DNA of 49,492 bases, from assembly GCF_001194135.2 (NCBI RefSeq), contig NC_068983.1, positions 122,219,607 through 122,269,098 on the forward strand, given 5' to 3'. Origin of the DNA: Octopus bimaculoides. Taxonomy: Eukaryota. Each line of letters starts with the position of its first letter. The first letter of the stretch is position 1. This document shows positions 1 through 11,444 of the stretch, piece by piece. The notes beneath the pieces were generated by a model, which was not told the origin of the DNA, ran no database searches, and saw only the letters and a list, made by a program, of their open reading frames with translations. Position numbers and translations under genes: made by a program.

Positions 1-365
1 ATGGTCAAGTAGCTGCTTCAGGACCCAGTCATAATGCTGCAAGAGCTGCGTGAGGCAGCTTCTACCTGGACGGAGACCATGCTGGGTCTCATTCAGCAAG
101 TCATTTTCTTCTAGGAACGCAATCAATCTCCTTCTGACAATTCGTTTCATGACTTTGCTAATATGTGAAGTCAGAGAGATGGGCCTGTAGTTCCCAGCCT
201 CTGCTTTGCTTCCACCTTTATGGATAGGACATATGGTGCCTTCCTTCAGCTTTTTGGGAAGTTTACCATTTGCAAGGAAACTCTGGAAGAGTATCCGGAG
301 TGGTCCTGCTAGTTCTTGTTTACACGACTTTAAGAGGACAGCTGGGAAACCATCGGGGCCAGTTG
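1..365 (-). mobile_element. CR1/L2-clade LINE reverse transcriptase fragment (runs off the window start)
   Basis: Manual translation of the minus strand gives an open frame TGPDGFPAVLLKSCKQELAGPLRILFQSFLANGKLPKKLKEGTICPIHKGGSKAEAGNYRPISLTSHISKVMKRIV...NETQHGLRPGRSCLTQLL. This carries the GPDG, NYRPISL and QHGFR-like motifs of CR1/L2 RT. Not in the ORF track. Confidence 0.85.
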
Positions 366-1352
366 AGTAATATCAGTGTGCATACTCAACAGAGTGTAAG
401 TATCTTGAGTGAAAAGTTGGACCTAAGAAGCATCAGTTGTGGTGTACAAGAGAGACAATTGCGCTGGTATGGTCATGTGGCGAGAATGGATGAGGATAGC
501 TGTGTGAAAAAGTGCCCCACCCTAGCGGTTGAGGGAACCTGTGGAAGAGGTAGACCCAGGAAGACTTGGGATGAAGTGGTGAAGCATGACCTTCAAACAT
601 TAGGCCTCACCGAGGCAATGACTAGTGACTGAGACCTTTGAGAAAACCTGGCAAGCCAAGTGAGACCATAATCCGAGGCTTCTGCCAGGGATGTAGCCAG
701 CTCACTTATGCATACCTTTCCTTCATTGGACACGAAACTCCGCTTGTGAAGACCTGTTGAAGCAAATGAAATCGAAATCGAACCAAATTCGACTACTGGC
801 ACCCATGTCAACCTTTTCTTCATTGGACACTAAACTTGGCTTGCGAAGACCTGTTGGGGCAAGTGAAATCGAAATCCTGATTGAACCAAATTCGATGACT
901 GGCACCTGTGCCAATGGATCACTAAGAGCACACCGTCCGAGCGTGATCATTGCCAGAGCAGCTGTCTGGCTTCCATGCCAGTGGCATGTAAATAGCACCA
1001 TTTGAGCGTGATCGTTACCAGTGTTGCCTTACTGGCACTTGTGCCAATGACATGTGAAAAAACATTCGAGCGAGGTTGATCCCAGTGCCGCTGGACTGGC
1101 TCCTGTGCAAGTGGAACGTAAAAAACACCATTTTGAGCATGGCCGTTGCCAGTACTGCCTGATTGGCCCTCGTGCCAGTGGCACGTAAAAGCACCCACTA
1201 CACTCTCGGAGTGGTTGGCGTCAGGAAGGGCATCCAGCTGTAGAAACTCTGCCAGATCAGATTGGAGCCTGGTGCAGCCATCTGGTTCGCCAGTCCTCAG
1301 TGAAATCGTCCAACCCATGCTAGCATGGAAGGCAGATGTTAAACGATGATGT
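366..1352 (+). mobile_element. 5'-truncated RTE-clade LINE (ORF2 C-terminus, 3' UTR and short GAT tail)
   Basis: QERQLRWYGHVARMDEDSCVKK...GRGRPRKTW is a typical RTE C-terminus. The 3' end AAACGATGATG matches the reverse complement of the copies at 40209 and 41611. Confidence 0.88.
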
Positions 1353-1719
1353 TCATGTAAATTTTGTTGACGCCTCAATATTTTAGTTTGTCTGAAAAAT
1401 TAGAGGGGTAATTTTAATAATTTATTCTTGCGCTTAGTTTAGATTTTAGCTGCACATTTTCTTTCAGAGGTCTAAACAACAAAACCTGCATTATGCAGTG
1501 TATTTGTGTGTGCATGTGGAGGAGAGATGTATGAGCTATATAAGTGTGCTTACAGGGATAGACATGTATGTAAACCCTAAAGTAGACCTTAGATTTTATT
1601 TAGATCTTATTTTCTTTCTTTTTGTTCCAGTTTATATTTTGTGTAATATATTAACTTCAGTCAGAGGTAGTTTGTTAAAAAAAGATTAATTGATGTAAAT
1701 GTGTTTTACTTTTCCTTAG

Positions 1720-1884
1720 TTGAATGAACTTGAAATTGCCACAATATTATCATACACATTAAAAGGATTGGATTACCTACATTCAAGACGAAAAATACAC
1801 AGAGATATTAAAGCTGGAAATATACTATTAAACAATGAAGGCCAAGCTAAACTTGCTGACTTTGGTGTTGCTGGTCAGTTGACT
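1720..1884 (+). CDS. STK3: Hippo/MST exon (165 nt): [55 protein letters not shown]
   Basis: ttccttag acceptor at 1718-1719, gtaagt donor at 1885; contains the catalytic loop and DFG. Confidence 0.97.
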
Positions 1885-2035
1885 GTAAGTATGTTTCCTT
1901 ACACACACAAAAAAAAAGATCACACCCACACACCTTTTAATATTTTATGAGTTTTTTTCCTAATATTTTTTATACTTTGTGTAAAACAGTAAACTCTCAA
2001 ATCATACTTATACATATGTGGTTGGTCAGCAGCAT

Positions 2036-2700
2036 TCATCCTAAGACCTTGTGGAAAAAGTGAGGTGGCTAACAACAGCCAAAACCATGACACTTGTAGG
2101 AAATTTTGTGTGCATTACTCTTGGAACTTTAGAAGGGTCTGCACGTAGCCATCTGTCATTTCTTCTGTTAGTTTTCTGGTCCTGGTTAAAGTTTTTCTCA
2201 TTTGAGAAAAATCAAATCACACCATCTACTAATAGATTTTTAAGTTTGTTCAAAAGTTTTTTGGATCTGATTAAATGGTTTTCTTTATATTTTTTCTGAC
2301 ATGAATTAACCTCTTCTCATCACATGAGATTTGTATCCGATGTCTTCATGCACAACATTTCTGATTGTTTTTTCTGACACAGGAAACTTTTTTGCAATTG
2401 ACCTCATTGATTTTCCTAGATTGTCTTCAATGTTTTGCTTAACTTCCTGATTAAATTCAGGTGTCCTGATACAATTAGAGCATTTGGAATGTATTGTAGG
2501 TTTTGATACAGGTAATACACTTCCATCTTCTTTCTCTGTCTCACAGCAAATCTTGTGGACAGAAGATCCTTAACTTTCAGAAAACGAGAAATTTATAAAT
2601 TTCATCATGCATAGCCTTCAAAGCAATAATCACAGAATGCCTTTTAATTTCATTAGTAAGCATAGGGCCAGTCAATGTTATTTCCTGAAAGAGAAATTCA
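2036..2700 (-). mobile_element. Degenerate Tc1/mariner (maT/DD37D-like) transposase remnant in a Hippo intron
   Basis: Minus-strand peptides MLTNEIKRHSVIIALKA and FFSNEKNFNQDQKTNRRNDRWLRADPSKVPRVMHTKFPTSVMVLAVVS resemble maT transposases. Many stops and frameshifts. Confidence 0.75.
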
Positions 2701-2788
2701 ATAAAAGTTAGTCAAATAAAATAATGACTAAGAATACATGTGTCCTCAAATACCATCCACACATATATATATATGACCATCCCCAAAT

Positions 2789-2796
<8 letters not shown>

Positions 2797-2843
<47 letters not shown>
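2797..2843. repeat. (TA)n microsatellite
   Basis: Direct reading. Confidence 0.95.
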
Positions 2844-2848
2844 AATAT

Positions 2849-3053
2849 CGTTTGTGAGTTTGTACTCGTTTTAGCTTTAGAGTGTTAGGGTTTGGGTTAT
2901 GAGTATTTTTGCCAAATTTGGTGAAAATCTGTTCAATACACCGCCACAAATTTTTCACCAAATTCGGCAAAAATACTCATAACCCGAACCCTAACCCTAA
3001 CTCTAAAACCCGAGCCCTAACCCTAAAACCCAAACCAGTACAAACGCACGAAC
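2849..3053. repeat. Foldback (MITE-like) inverted repeat with telomere-like TTAGGG/CCCTAA arms
   Basis: Arm 2849-2927 is the reverse complement of arm 2952-3053 (e.g. ttatgagtatttttgccaaatttggtgaaaa versus ttttcaccaaattcggcaaaaatactcataa). One TTAGGG on the left, four exact CCCTAA on the right. Confidence 0.85.
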
Positions 3054-3511
3054 AATGTCATAAATAACAGTACCGCTGATAGTTGTTGTTGACAAACAAC
3101 GGCACTAATTTTATTCATGGGAAATGATCCCATTACATCGCTAGGACGTGTTGTTTACATTCCACGGCAGTAATTGTTTTCACCTCAATAGACGTCAGTG
3201 ATTGGCTGACATTACCGAAATACGACAATTTTAACACGAAATAACTTTCAAAAGATAAAATTTTCTCAATGACACTAAGAGTAAAAGATGTTTTTTTATA
3301 TGACACATTCTGCCAGTGTCTCAAGTTTGAAAGTGTTTCGTTAAGAAAACAAGTGCTACCCGCCAAATCAGAAAGATCTTTAGATTGGGATATGGTGCCT
3401 GATTTTAAATTCATTAAAGTTTGATTATTACTATTTACTACATTGAGCTGGTTCTAAAGCGTTATTATTAGTTGCACTATTGTTGTCCTTGTTTTTAGCT
3501 ATATCCTTAAT

Positions 3512-3722
3512 TTCATTAGTACTTAGTCCTTTACCTGAATTATTATTATTAGTTACCCTATTGTTGACCTTTATTCATTATACGTTTAATTTTACCCCTA
3601 TTTATAGAGGCTATTATTATTCCTAAATTAGGCATTGCTGAGTGCAAAAATAATGTAATATTTTCGTCAACAATAGGGTAACTAATAATAGTAATTTAGG
3701 GAAAGGACTATGTACTAATGAA
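3512..3722. mobile_element. About 210-bp MITE-like element with about 57-bp terminal inverted repeats
   Basis: ttcattagtacttagtcctttacctgaattattattattagttaccctattgttgac versus gtcaacaatagggtaactaataatagtaatttagggaaaggactatgtactaatgaa; about 4 mismatches. Confidence 0.75.
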
Positions 3723-3870
3723 CTCTAGCATCACTCTTTCATAGTCAGCCTATGAATATTTCTGCCCATCCTCTTAATTTCTGTTAACAAAATTACTTCA
3801 GTAGATAATATAAAAGTAATGAAGAGTCAACACTACCCATACATCATCATAGCTGTTTAAACTGAACTAG

Positions 3871-4056
<186 letters not shown>

Positions 4057-4385
4057 TAACTCATTATCTCAGTTTCATTGAACGCTTGATGTGACTGCTG
4101 TAGTTGTTGAGCACAAGTACATACTTTGAAACAATTTCAAGCTCTTGTTATTTTCAGTTTTATTTCTATGAAATTCTTTTTCATTTATTAGACTTCTTTT
4201 TTGGCATTTTAATGCTGAAAAATATTAAACAAATTGAATAATATGAAATTATAAATTCTCTAGTAATTTTTATCATTGCAATAAATTCATATAAAGTTGT
4301 TTTTGTGTAATTTATAAACCATTCAGATGTTATTTGTTTGTTTTATTCTATTGTCTAAACAATGTTAAATATTTATTCTTTGTAG

Positions 4386-4447
4386 GAATTACTGCTTTGG
4401 AAATGGCTGAGGGGAAGCCACCTTATGGAGATATTCACCCCATGCGA
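4386..4447 (+). CDS. STK3: Hippo/MST exon (62 nt): (G)ITALEMAEGKPPYGDIHPMR
   Basis: tttgtag acceptor, gtaagt donor at 4448; completes the phase-1 codon. Too short for the ORF track. Confidence 0.96.
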
Positions 4448-5114
4448 GTAAGTTTGAAGTTGAAATACAGATTGTGATGTTAAGGGTATTTAAAATAGCA
4501 TTTGTTGAAATAAACCTTGACTGTGTATATCTTGTGTACAAGAATACAAACTGATCAAGTTATTCTCCAAGAAGTTGAGGGATCTGGAACATAAGAATGG
4601 TGACTTTAGATTATGAAGATAAGATTAGTGCTTCTGGTGATTTAAACACTGAATGTGTCATTCTTTGCATCTTGTAATCATTAAGGAAAGATAATTTGAA
4701 ACTGTACTGGACAGCTATTCATGATAAACAAATGTGTTATTTTATTATCATTAAACTATCAAAAATTGTAAACAAATGGAAATCATAAAAAGTTTCTTTT
4801 TTTAAATAATTTTCACATTTCATGAAATGTTATTGGAATCAAGAACTATTAGGAAGGAAATGATGAAAAAGAAAAATTTCAAAATATTTACTTGACGTAT
4901 GAACTTAAAGAACATTAACAGCATTTTAATTATTTCTATAACCAGTAGTATTTTCATTGTTTAGTGGAAGTTTTGCCTTGTTGCTTATCACAAAATGGGA
5001 TGCCAAAAAACCCCTCATGTTACTTGATTCTGGAAACTTACACTCCGAATATTTTGGAAACATATTTGTTCTCATGTTTTATTATATTTTCAAAATTGTT
5101 TCTTGTTTATCAAG

Positions 5115-5252
5115 GCAATATTCATGATTCCTACCAAACCACCACCATCATTTCGTAATCCTGATAAATGGTCACCTGAGTTTATAGAATTTGTGTCAAA
5201 ATGTTTGGTGAAAAATCCTGAACAGAGAGCAATGGCTAGTGATTTGTTGAAG
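5115..5252 (+). CDS. STK3: Hippo/MST exon (138 nt): AIFMIPTKPPPSFRNPDKWSPEFIEFVSKCLVKNPEQRAMASDLLK
   Basis: tatcaag acceptor, gtaagc donor at 5253; kinase subdomains X-XI. Confidence 0.96.
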
Positions 5253-5339
5253 GTAAGCTTATGTGTCAAAATTATTTCAACCTCTCTCTCTCTCTCAAAA
5301 TAGTACTTTAGATATGGAAATACTTACTCCTTACATTCC

Positions 5340-5680
5340 CACAAGAAAATAACCTCTCTCTGTCAGCGACCACTTCATATAATACCATGAAAATAATCAT
5401 GTAATTGCCTCTTCTACCACTTGAAACTGTTTTCCCTTTTTAATGAACACTCTGTCGTATCTGTATCGCCAGATCCAATGGTGATTATCTCTCCTACACG
5501 ATGGGTTAATCACTCTTAAAACATTCCATTAAAGCAACTTTGTTACCCTTGACATCAGCAAATTCTTTCATTCTTTACTTAGAGAAACTTCTAAATAAGT
5601 TGGCTGCCTCTCCACTAATTTGAAAGCGACCAATCAGTTCATTCAGTCACAGCATATTGATGCAGATCTCTTTTATTCTA
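5340..5680 (+). mobile_element. Highly degenerate CR1/L2 RT remnant
   Basis: Frameshifted peptides RSNGDYLSY and FVTLDISK resemble the RSTGDLL...VALDISKAFD RT motifs. Confidence 0.45.
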
Positions 5681-6037
5681 TTCACTAAAGTGTCAGTTAC
5701 ACATGCATGAGTATGATTGTGTGTATATATACACAATCATTTATGCAGTTTGAGTATATATATGAACCTAAATATTACCTCCATTGAAAGGAAAAATGTC
5801 ATTGAAATTGTACTTTTATCTTAAATTGAATTGGCGATGTGAGTATTTCATCTCATTACTGATCTCCCACCATACTATCCATTGTGCGAAGTATCAGTTA
5901 AAACAGTTTTGGCAAAATACATTTGTTACTAACAATTGCTCCCAGTATTTTGACTTAAATCTCAGTAAAGAATTTCATTTTCCATCTTTTTGAGTACTTT
6001 CACTTTCAGATTGGTATTATTCATGTGTTTGTTTCAG

Positions 6038-6148
6038 CATGAATTTATAAAAAGTTGTGATCCACATACCATTCTGCAAAAAATGATACTAGAAGCTCGT
6101 GAAATACAAGAATCTCAGCAATCACATTTAATAAATGAAGATGAATCA
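6038..6148 (+). CDS. STK3: Hippo/MST exon (111 nt): HEFIKSCDPHTILQKMILEAREIQESQQSHLINEDES
   Basis: gtttcag acceptor, gtaagt donor at 6149; in frame with neighbours. Confidence 0.92.
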
Positions 6149-6596
6149 GTAAGTGTTATACTGTTTAAAATGAAAACCAGAAATGAATTATAATTATTGT
6201 TCATCTCTCTCTTAAGAGAAAACAATGACAGTTTGTTAAATGACATAATATCATTGAAGAAAATTTTAGCTCTTGCAAAATTTAATACATTTCAATGTTT
6301 ATTCTTATCATAGAACTGAATAGCTTTCAGAAATAAAGTATATGGAGTAACAAATAGATGGTATCAGAAATTTCATTCCTTATCCCATTTAATTATTAGA
6401 TATATCTTAATTGAAAAGATTTAGCATAAGTTTATGAATTAAACATGCCTTATGCATTTTTTCTTCAAATTATTTTTATGGTGATAAGGTTTTAACATTT
6501 TCTGTCATTATTTTTGTAACTGGTGCAGGCTAAATATAATTCATATAATTTTTCTCTTTTTGTTCATACAATATTTTGTGATCTTTCTTATTTCAG

Positions 6597-6696
6597 GGGG
6601 AAGATGATTATTTAGACAATGGTACAATGGTTCGAAGCAGCAGTGGGGTTAATGCACGTACAGATGACTCAGGGACAATGAAGGCATCAAATGATG
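6597..6696 (+). CDS. STK3: Hippo/MST linker exon (100 nt): GEDDYLDNGTMVRSSSGVNARTDDSGTMKASND(G)
   Basis: tatttcag acceptor, gtgaaa donor at 6697 (phase 1). The D-x-GTMVR motif resembles vertebrate DEMDSGTMVR. Confidence 0.88.
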
Positions 6697-7461
6697 GTGA
6701 AATTACTTTACTATTTTCTGAATCTCTTGTAAATAAGGAGCTTTACAAATTTGTCTAAAACCAAAGAAATATTGCAGCAATACCCAGATTTATTCACAGT
6801 TATTTAGTGAAGTTGTATACATTCATTAATATTTTACCAGGTGTGAATTAAAGATCTCTTTCCCTTTGTTTCTTTAGAAAGAAACTTGTTGAGAGACCAT
6901 GCCTTACTTTTATACTCCTTACTGTTTACAGTCTTCAAGAATGTACAAGCAATATGTTTGTGTGCATCTGTGGTAGCAACCAAAGTTGTTGCCATTATTG
7001 TTTTTATGTTACAATGGGTTGTTGTTTTGCTCATGTTTGCTCTGGTTGAGCAGATCTTTGGTCAGTGACGTTTCACATTCATGATCCCATATTTTATTGG
7101 ATCATAATATATTTGAAATTATGTTATCTATGTTGTTTTTTTAATGTTAGTAATATGACTCCTTTTGGATATGTTAGTAATATGACTCTTTTCACATACA
7201 ATGTTTCCTGAAGCTTACAACACCCCATCAACTTAGAGCATTTTAGTGCCAGCCATTTAACAATGAATCGGAGGTGATATTTTCTGTCAGTTTTAGAAAT
7301 TACTCTAATCTTGATATATTTGCTCTCTTGAATATCTTTATCTGATATATTTATATACTTAATGCTTATGTGGTGTGTGTGTGTGTGTGTGTGACTAATA
7401 GAGAGAACGAGAGAAATAAAATATTTTCTTTTCATCTTTGTTATTTGTGTCATTCTTTTAG

Positions 7462-7590
7462 GCACGTTAGTGGAGAGCACAAGTGGTACTGTGATAGTGA
7501 ACAGCGAGGCTAGTACTTTGGTAGAGTCAGAGCTAGGCACAATGGTGATTAATGAAGACACTGATGAGGAAGAGAATTCTACTATGAAAA
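7462..7590 (+). CDS. STK3: Hippo/MST linker exon (129 nt): (G)TLVESTSGTVIVNSEASTLVESELGTMVINEDTDEEENSTMK
   Basis: cttttag acceptor, gtaagt donor at 7591 (phase 1-1). Contains the conserved LGTMVIN and acidic-TMK motifs. Confidence 0.92.
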
Positions 7591-10185
7591 GTAAGTATCA
7601 TGAAATAATGTTTGTTGATAACATATGGTAGCTCATGTGTTCATGGTCATCATTCTGTCACCTAGATGACCACATCTTTCATATCATTACAAAGTAGGCT
7701 ACATTGTGATTTTGTTGTCCCCACCTTTTTCTTTTATTTTTGGACAGGCGAAATTTCCTTTGACCACCAACCAGTTAGAGAAATCATTAAGTTTTGTAAG
7801 CCAATGAATGATTATCATTACTTTCTTTGGTATTCCTCACCAGAAGAACTAACTTGACTTTTCAGCTAGACTCCCAATCAAAAACACAGAAATTCATAAA
7901 AACTGGTTTATAATCACAGCACTCATTGTGATCTCTTTTACTATCCAAGGTGAACAATATTTCTTTTTAGGATTACATGCACTCATAAATATAGGTACAT
8001 GCTGCCTGCCACATACAGGCACACATACAAGCCAGCATTGCCGTAGCTTGGGGAGTTGATGCTAACATCACAAAGTAATTTACTCTAGTTAAACTTCTAG
8101 ATAAACAACAGGCTGAGTATTTGTCTAAGTGACTTAGGAGTTAGGTAACTTTTTTATTTTCTTAATAGTAAGTTTCTTTGGATTTCTGTTTTAAGCAGCA
8201 GATAATAATTCTGCAACTAAAATAAATCTGAAAATTTAATTTTTGGAATCCCCCTTCTCTGTTCAACCCAATCCCTTATGTTTAAATTGTATTTCTGAAA
8301 AAATTTCTAAGAATACAATTCAAGTATGAAAATATTACTGCTGGTCAACCCCTAATAAAGAAAGAAGTGGAATGAAAAAAAAATGAAAATTTTGAAATAT
8401 GTTTTTATTTGCAGAATATCATAATTTCTACTGTTAAAAACAGAAATAAATCTAGAGCAAGCTTGTGAATTCATCTCATGAGAAGACTAAACAACACAGA
8501 CCATGTTTGATGCAATAACAACACTGAAATGAATGTGTGGACAAACAGATTATGAACTTCACTATCTACATTAATAAACAGTTACATGAAAGAATAATTT
8601 CCAGATTTATCAAAAGAAACCCTACTGACCTGATATTAACGTTAATAGACCAAGTAGCTAAGGAATAACTAGCAGAATCAAGAATTCCAACTTTGGACAT
8701 TGAATGTTTTACTATTTTGTGCTGCTGTTACCATTTATGAATAGGTGGGAGTAACATTTATTGACAGATTGTATTTAAAAAGAAAGAACAAAAATAGATA
8801 TCTCTTCAGACAAATGTCAACAGACTTCAAAACAATACTGGACATTTAGACATTGTCATTGAGTGCAAATCTGTATTAATAAAAGCAAAATTCTGTCTGT
8901 CTGTCTAGGACCCTGTATCTTAGTCTACGTCTGCTCTACATAGACATATTATACCTCTTTGGAATCAGGATGATCCCACGATTGAAAATCTGCCCTTCAT
9001 TTGGTTCTTGAACATCCAGCATTGGGATCTGATTTAAAAGCATTTGGGTTGCTATTTTTAGCAGGTAAAGCTTGGTTGATTCATGCCATCTTGGTTGGTG
9101 TTTGTCAGAGGACATCAGAGATCAAGGAGGAGATAAATGACATTCACTTTGTCAATTTTCCGTCAAGATAAGAACTTTGAGACAAATTGGCCAACAGCTG
9201 GAATTCAACTTGGGACTGGAACAATAGAATGATTGCATTACAGAATTAATTCTCATCCGTCCTTAACCTCTCATTAAACACCACCACTATTCATTATAGA
9301 TGTATTATAGTCATGCTATTTAGCTCTGTTCAGTTTTGGACTGCAGGCCCAATTAGCCCTCTGCAGGAGCTAGCTTAAAAGTTCACATGGAGTGTGGGTT
9401 TTTAGCTAGTTAAATAATGAATTTACTTACCACCAGCTACAAAATATTTCTTTCAAGGTCTGTAATTCTCTTTTAAGAATAACCCAAGTTTAGAAATAAC
9501 ATGCAGTATCATTCCATTTTATGTAAGTAATAGTAAATGAAGATACAGTTAATAAAATTCAAAGTTGCATGTAGTTATTAGAATCAGAGAGGGTGAGAGG
9601 TTAAAGTGAATAAAGTTAGGAATAATAGTTAATTCTCTTGTCCTGAAGTTATAACTAATCATCAGCAATTTCAAATTCTTTTTGGTTGAAACTTCAGTTT
9701 AAATGAACCCCACCCCACAGAAGTGGGCTGACTTCTAAAAAAAAAAACAAAGATTTTCACCTAAAGAAATCTATGATTGAAATTTATGATGGATTTTCTT
9801 GTCTTAAGGATGAGAGAATTATGTATTCTTTGCAACCTTATTCAATTTAACTTATTGCCTTTCACCTATCACCTCATCTGATTTCAATAATTGCTCACAA
9901 CTTTGAGATTCAATAGCATAATTTTGAATTGAACAAATTATTGATATATATATATATATATATATAAGCTTTCCATTATAAGCATAGTTCTCATGATTGC
10001 ACTAGAGAAAAGAGTAAATATGAAACATCTGTAAACGCATAGAAGTCTTTAAAGTCTTACAATATAGATTAATTTTGCCTTTAATTTTGCACAAAAATAT
10101 TAACAATAACAAAAAACATAAGCTTCTTGGAACCCCACTACTCTTATTCCCCCCCTCCACTTCCTTGGAAAAAGTAAATCACTTA

Positions 10186-10254
10186 TGTATAATTGTTCAG
10201 GCATAAAAAAAGGAGTCTTCAGCTTGTATAATTGTTCAGGCATAAAAAAAAGGG
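10186..10254. repeat. Local tandem duplication (about 28-bp unit, 39-bp period)
   Basis: tgtataattgttcaggcataaaaaaagg occurs at 10186 and again at 10225 (one extra A). Confidence 0.85.
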
Positions 10255-10668
10255 ACCCTTTCAGTTTCTCATGTGCAAAATGTTGTTAACATATAAAAGA
10301 GAGGTGAATGGTATTTTGAATAATGAGCAATGGGTATATTTTCCTGATGCACTGGCAAAGATGGGCTGATTGCTTAAAAAGAAAAAAAAGGCACAATGAT
10401 TTTCTCTGAAATGAATGTTGAATTTGAAACTCTTCACTTACACAACAACTATTAAAAGATACTGTTAGAAAATGATATTTGGCTTTATGAGAAATAAAAG
10501 AAAATATTTCATTAATTGATACTGTTATTATTAAAGTTAGCCATTTAAAACTGCTGTTTCTTAACCTGTAAGTGTTAAAGAAATAGAAGGCTAAAAATAA
10601 AGCATCATTGATCATGTTTTGTCTTAGAAAACTCAGAAGTTTGTCATACCTGATTTCATTTTGTTCAG

Positions 10669-10895
10669 GCCATAATACATCAACTGCCAACAAGAACAAG
10701 TACCGTCCAGCATACCTTGATCATTTCGAGAAAAAAGAACAAGAAGAGAAGAATAGAGTGAGTGGTCAGCTAAAGTCTCAACGAGAACAACAGCAGAGTC
10801 ACTCAGCAGTCTCTGCATCAAATCCAACTCCACAGAAACAGGCAATACCACCACACCGTTTTCAGCGATCTTTTATTGATGGTGATTATGAATTT
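10669..10895 (+). CDS. STK3: Hippo/MST exon (227 nt with the GC donor; 236 nt to 10904 with the GT donor): (S)HNTSTANKNKYRPAYLDHFEKKEQ...RSFIDGDYEF
   Basis: tgttcag acceptor; YRPAYLDHF and DGDYEF motifs. The 3' boundary is ambiguous: TTT|gcaagt at 10896 or TAT|gtaagt at 10905. Confidence 0.9.
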
Positions 10896-11378
10896 GCAAG
10901 TTATGTAAGTAATTTTCAACACTTTCTACTTCCTTTATAATTGCAGAACCATTTGTTCCACATAATCACATTGTTTTTCTCTTCACACTCAAACTTTTTC
11001 TGAGTGACTCTGCTGTTGTTCTCGTTGAGACTTTGCTTCTCTTATTTAATTTCTTTCTGCACTGGTATATGAAAATGTTTCTTTTATGGATATAGCTGCT
11101 ATTTCTTTTTAATTTACTTTTTATTAAGTAATCCTAGTTAACTCTGAGAATAAAGCATTTGATCAATATTATTTGTTACAGCTTTGTCATGAACATGTTG
11201 TTCAAAATTTAAAGACATAAAAGAAAATATTTCTCTAAGAAACAAAACAAAAAAAAAAACCCTAATTCTCCTGATGATTGAAATATTATGAAACTTGAGT
11301 CACAAGAAAAAAACATTCATTTAAAATAAGTAATATGCTCTAAACCTTGTACTGAATATGCTCTTTCTCTTATTATTC

Positions 11379-11383
<5 letters not shown>

Positions 11384-11433
<50 letters not shown>
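11384..11433. repeat. (TA)n microsatellite
   Basis: Direct reading. Confidence 0.95.

Positions 11434-11444
<11 letters not shown>

Noticed and set aside
2885-3026. True chromosome-end fusion site
   Set aside because: Only five exact hexamers, embedded in non-telomeric palindromic arms within an intron; a mobile foldback is more parsimonious.
9427-9465. Antisense 29-nt micro-exon (ag...gtaagt on minus) in a Hippo intron
   Set aside because: Purine-rich acceptor with no polypyrimidine tract and no partner exons.
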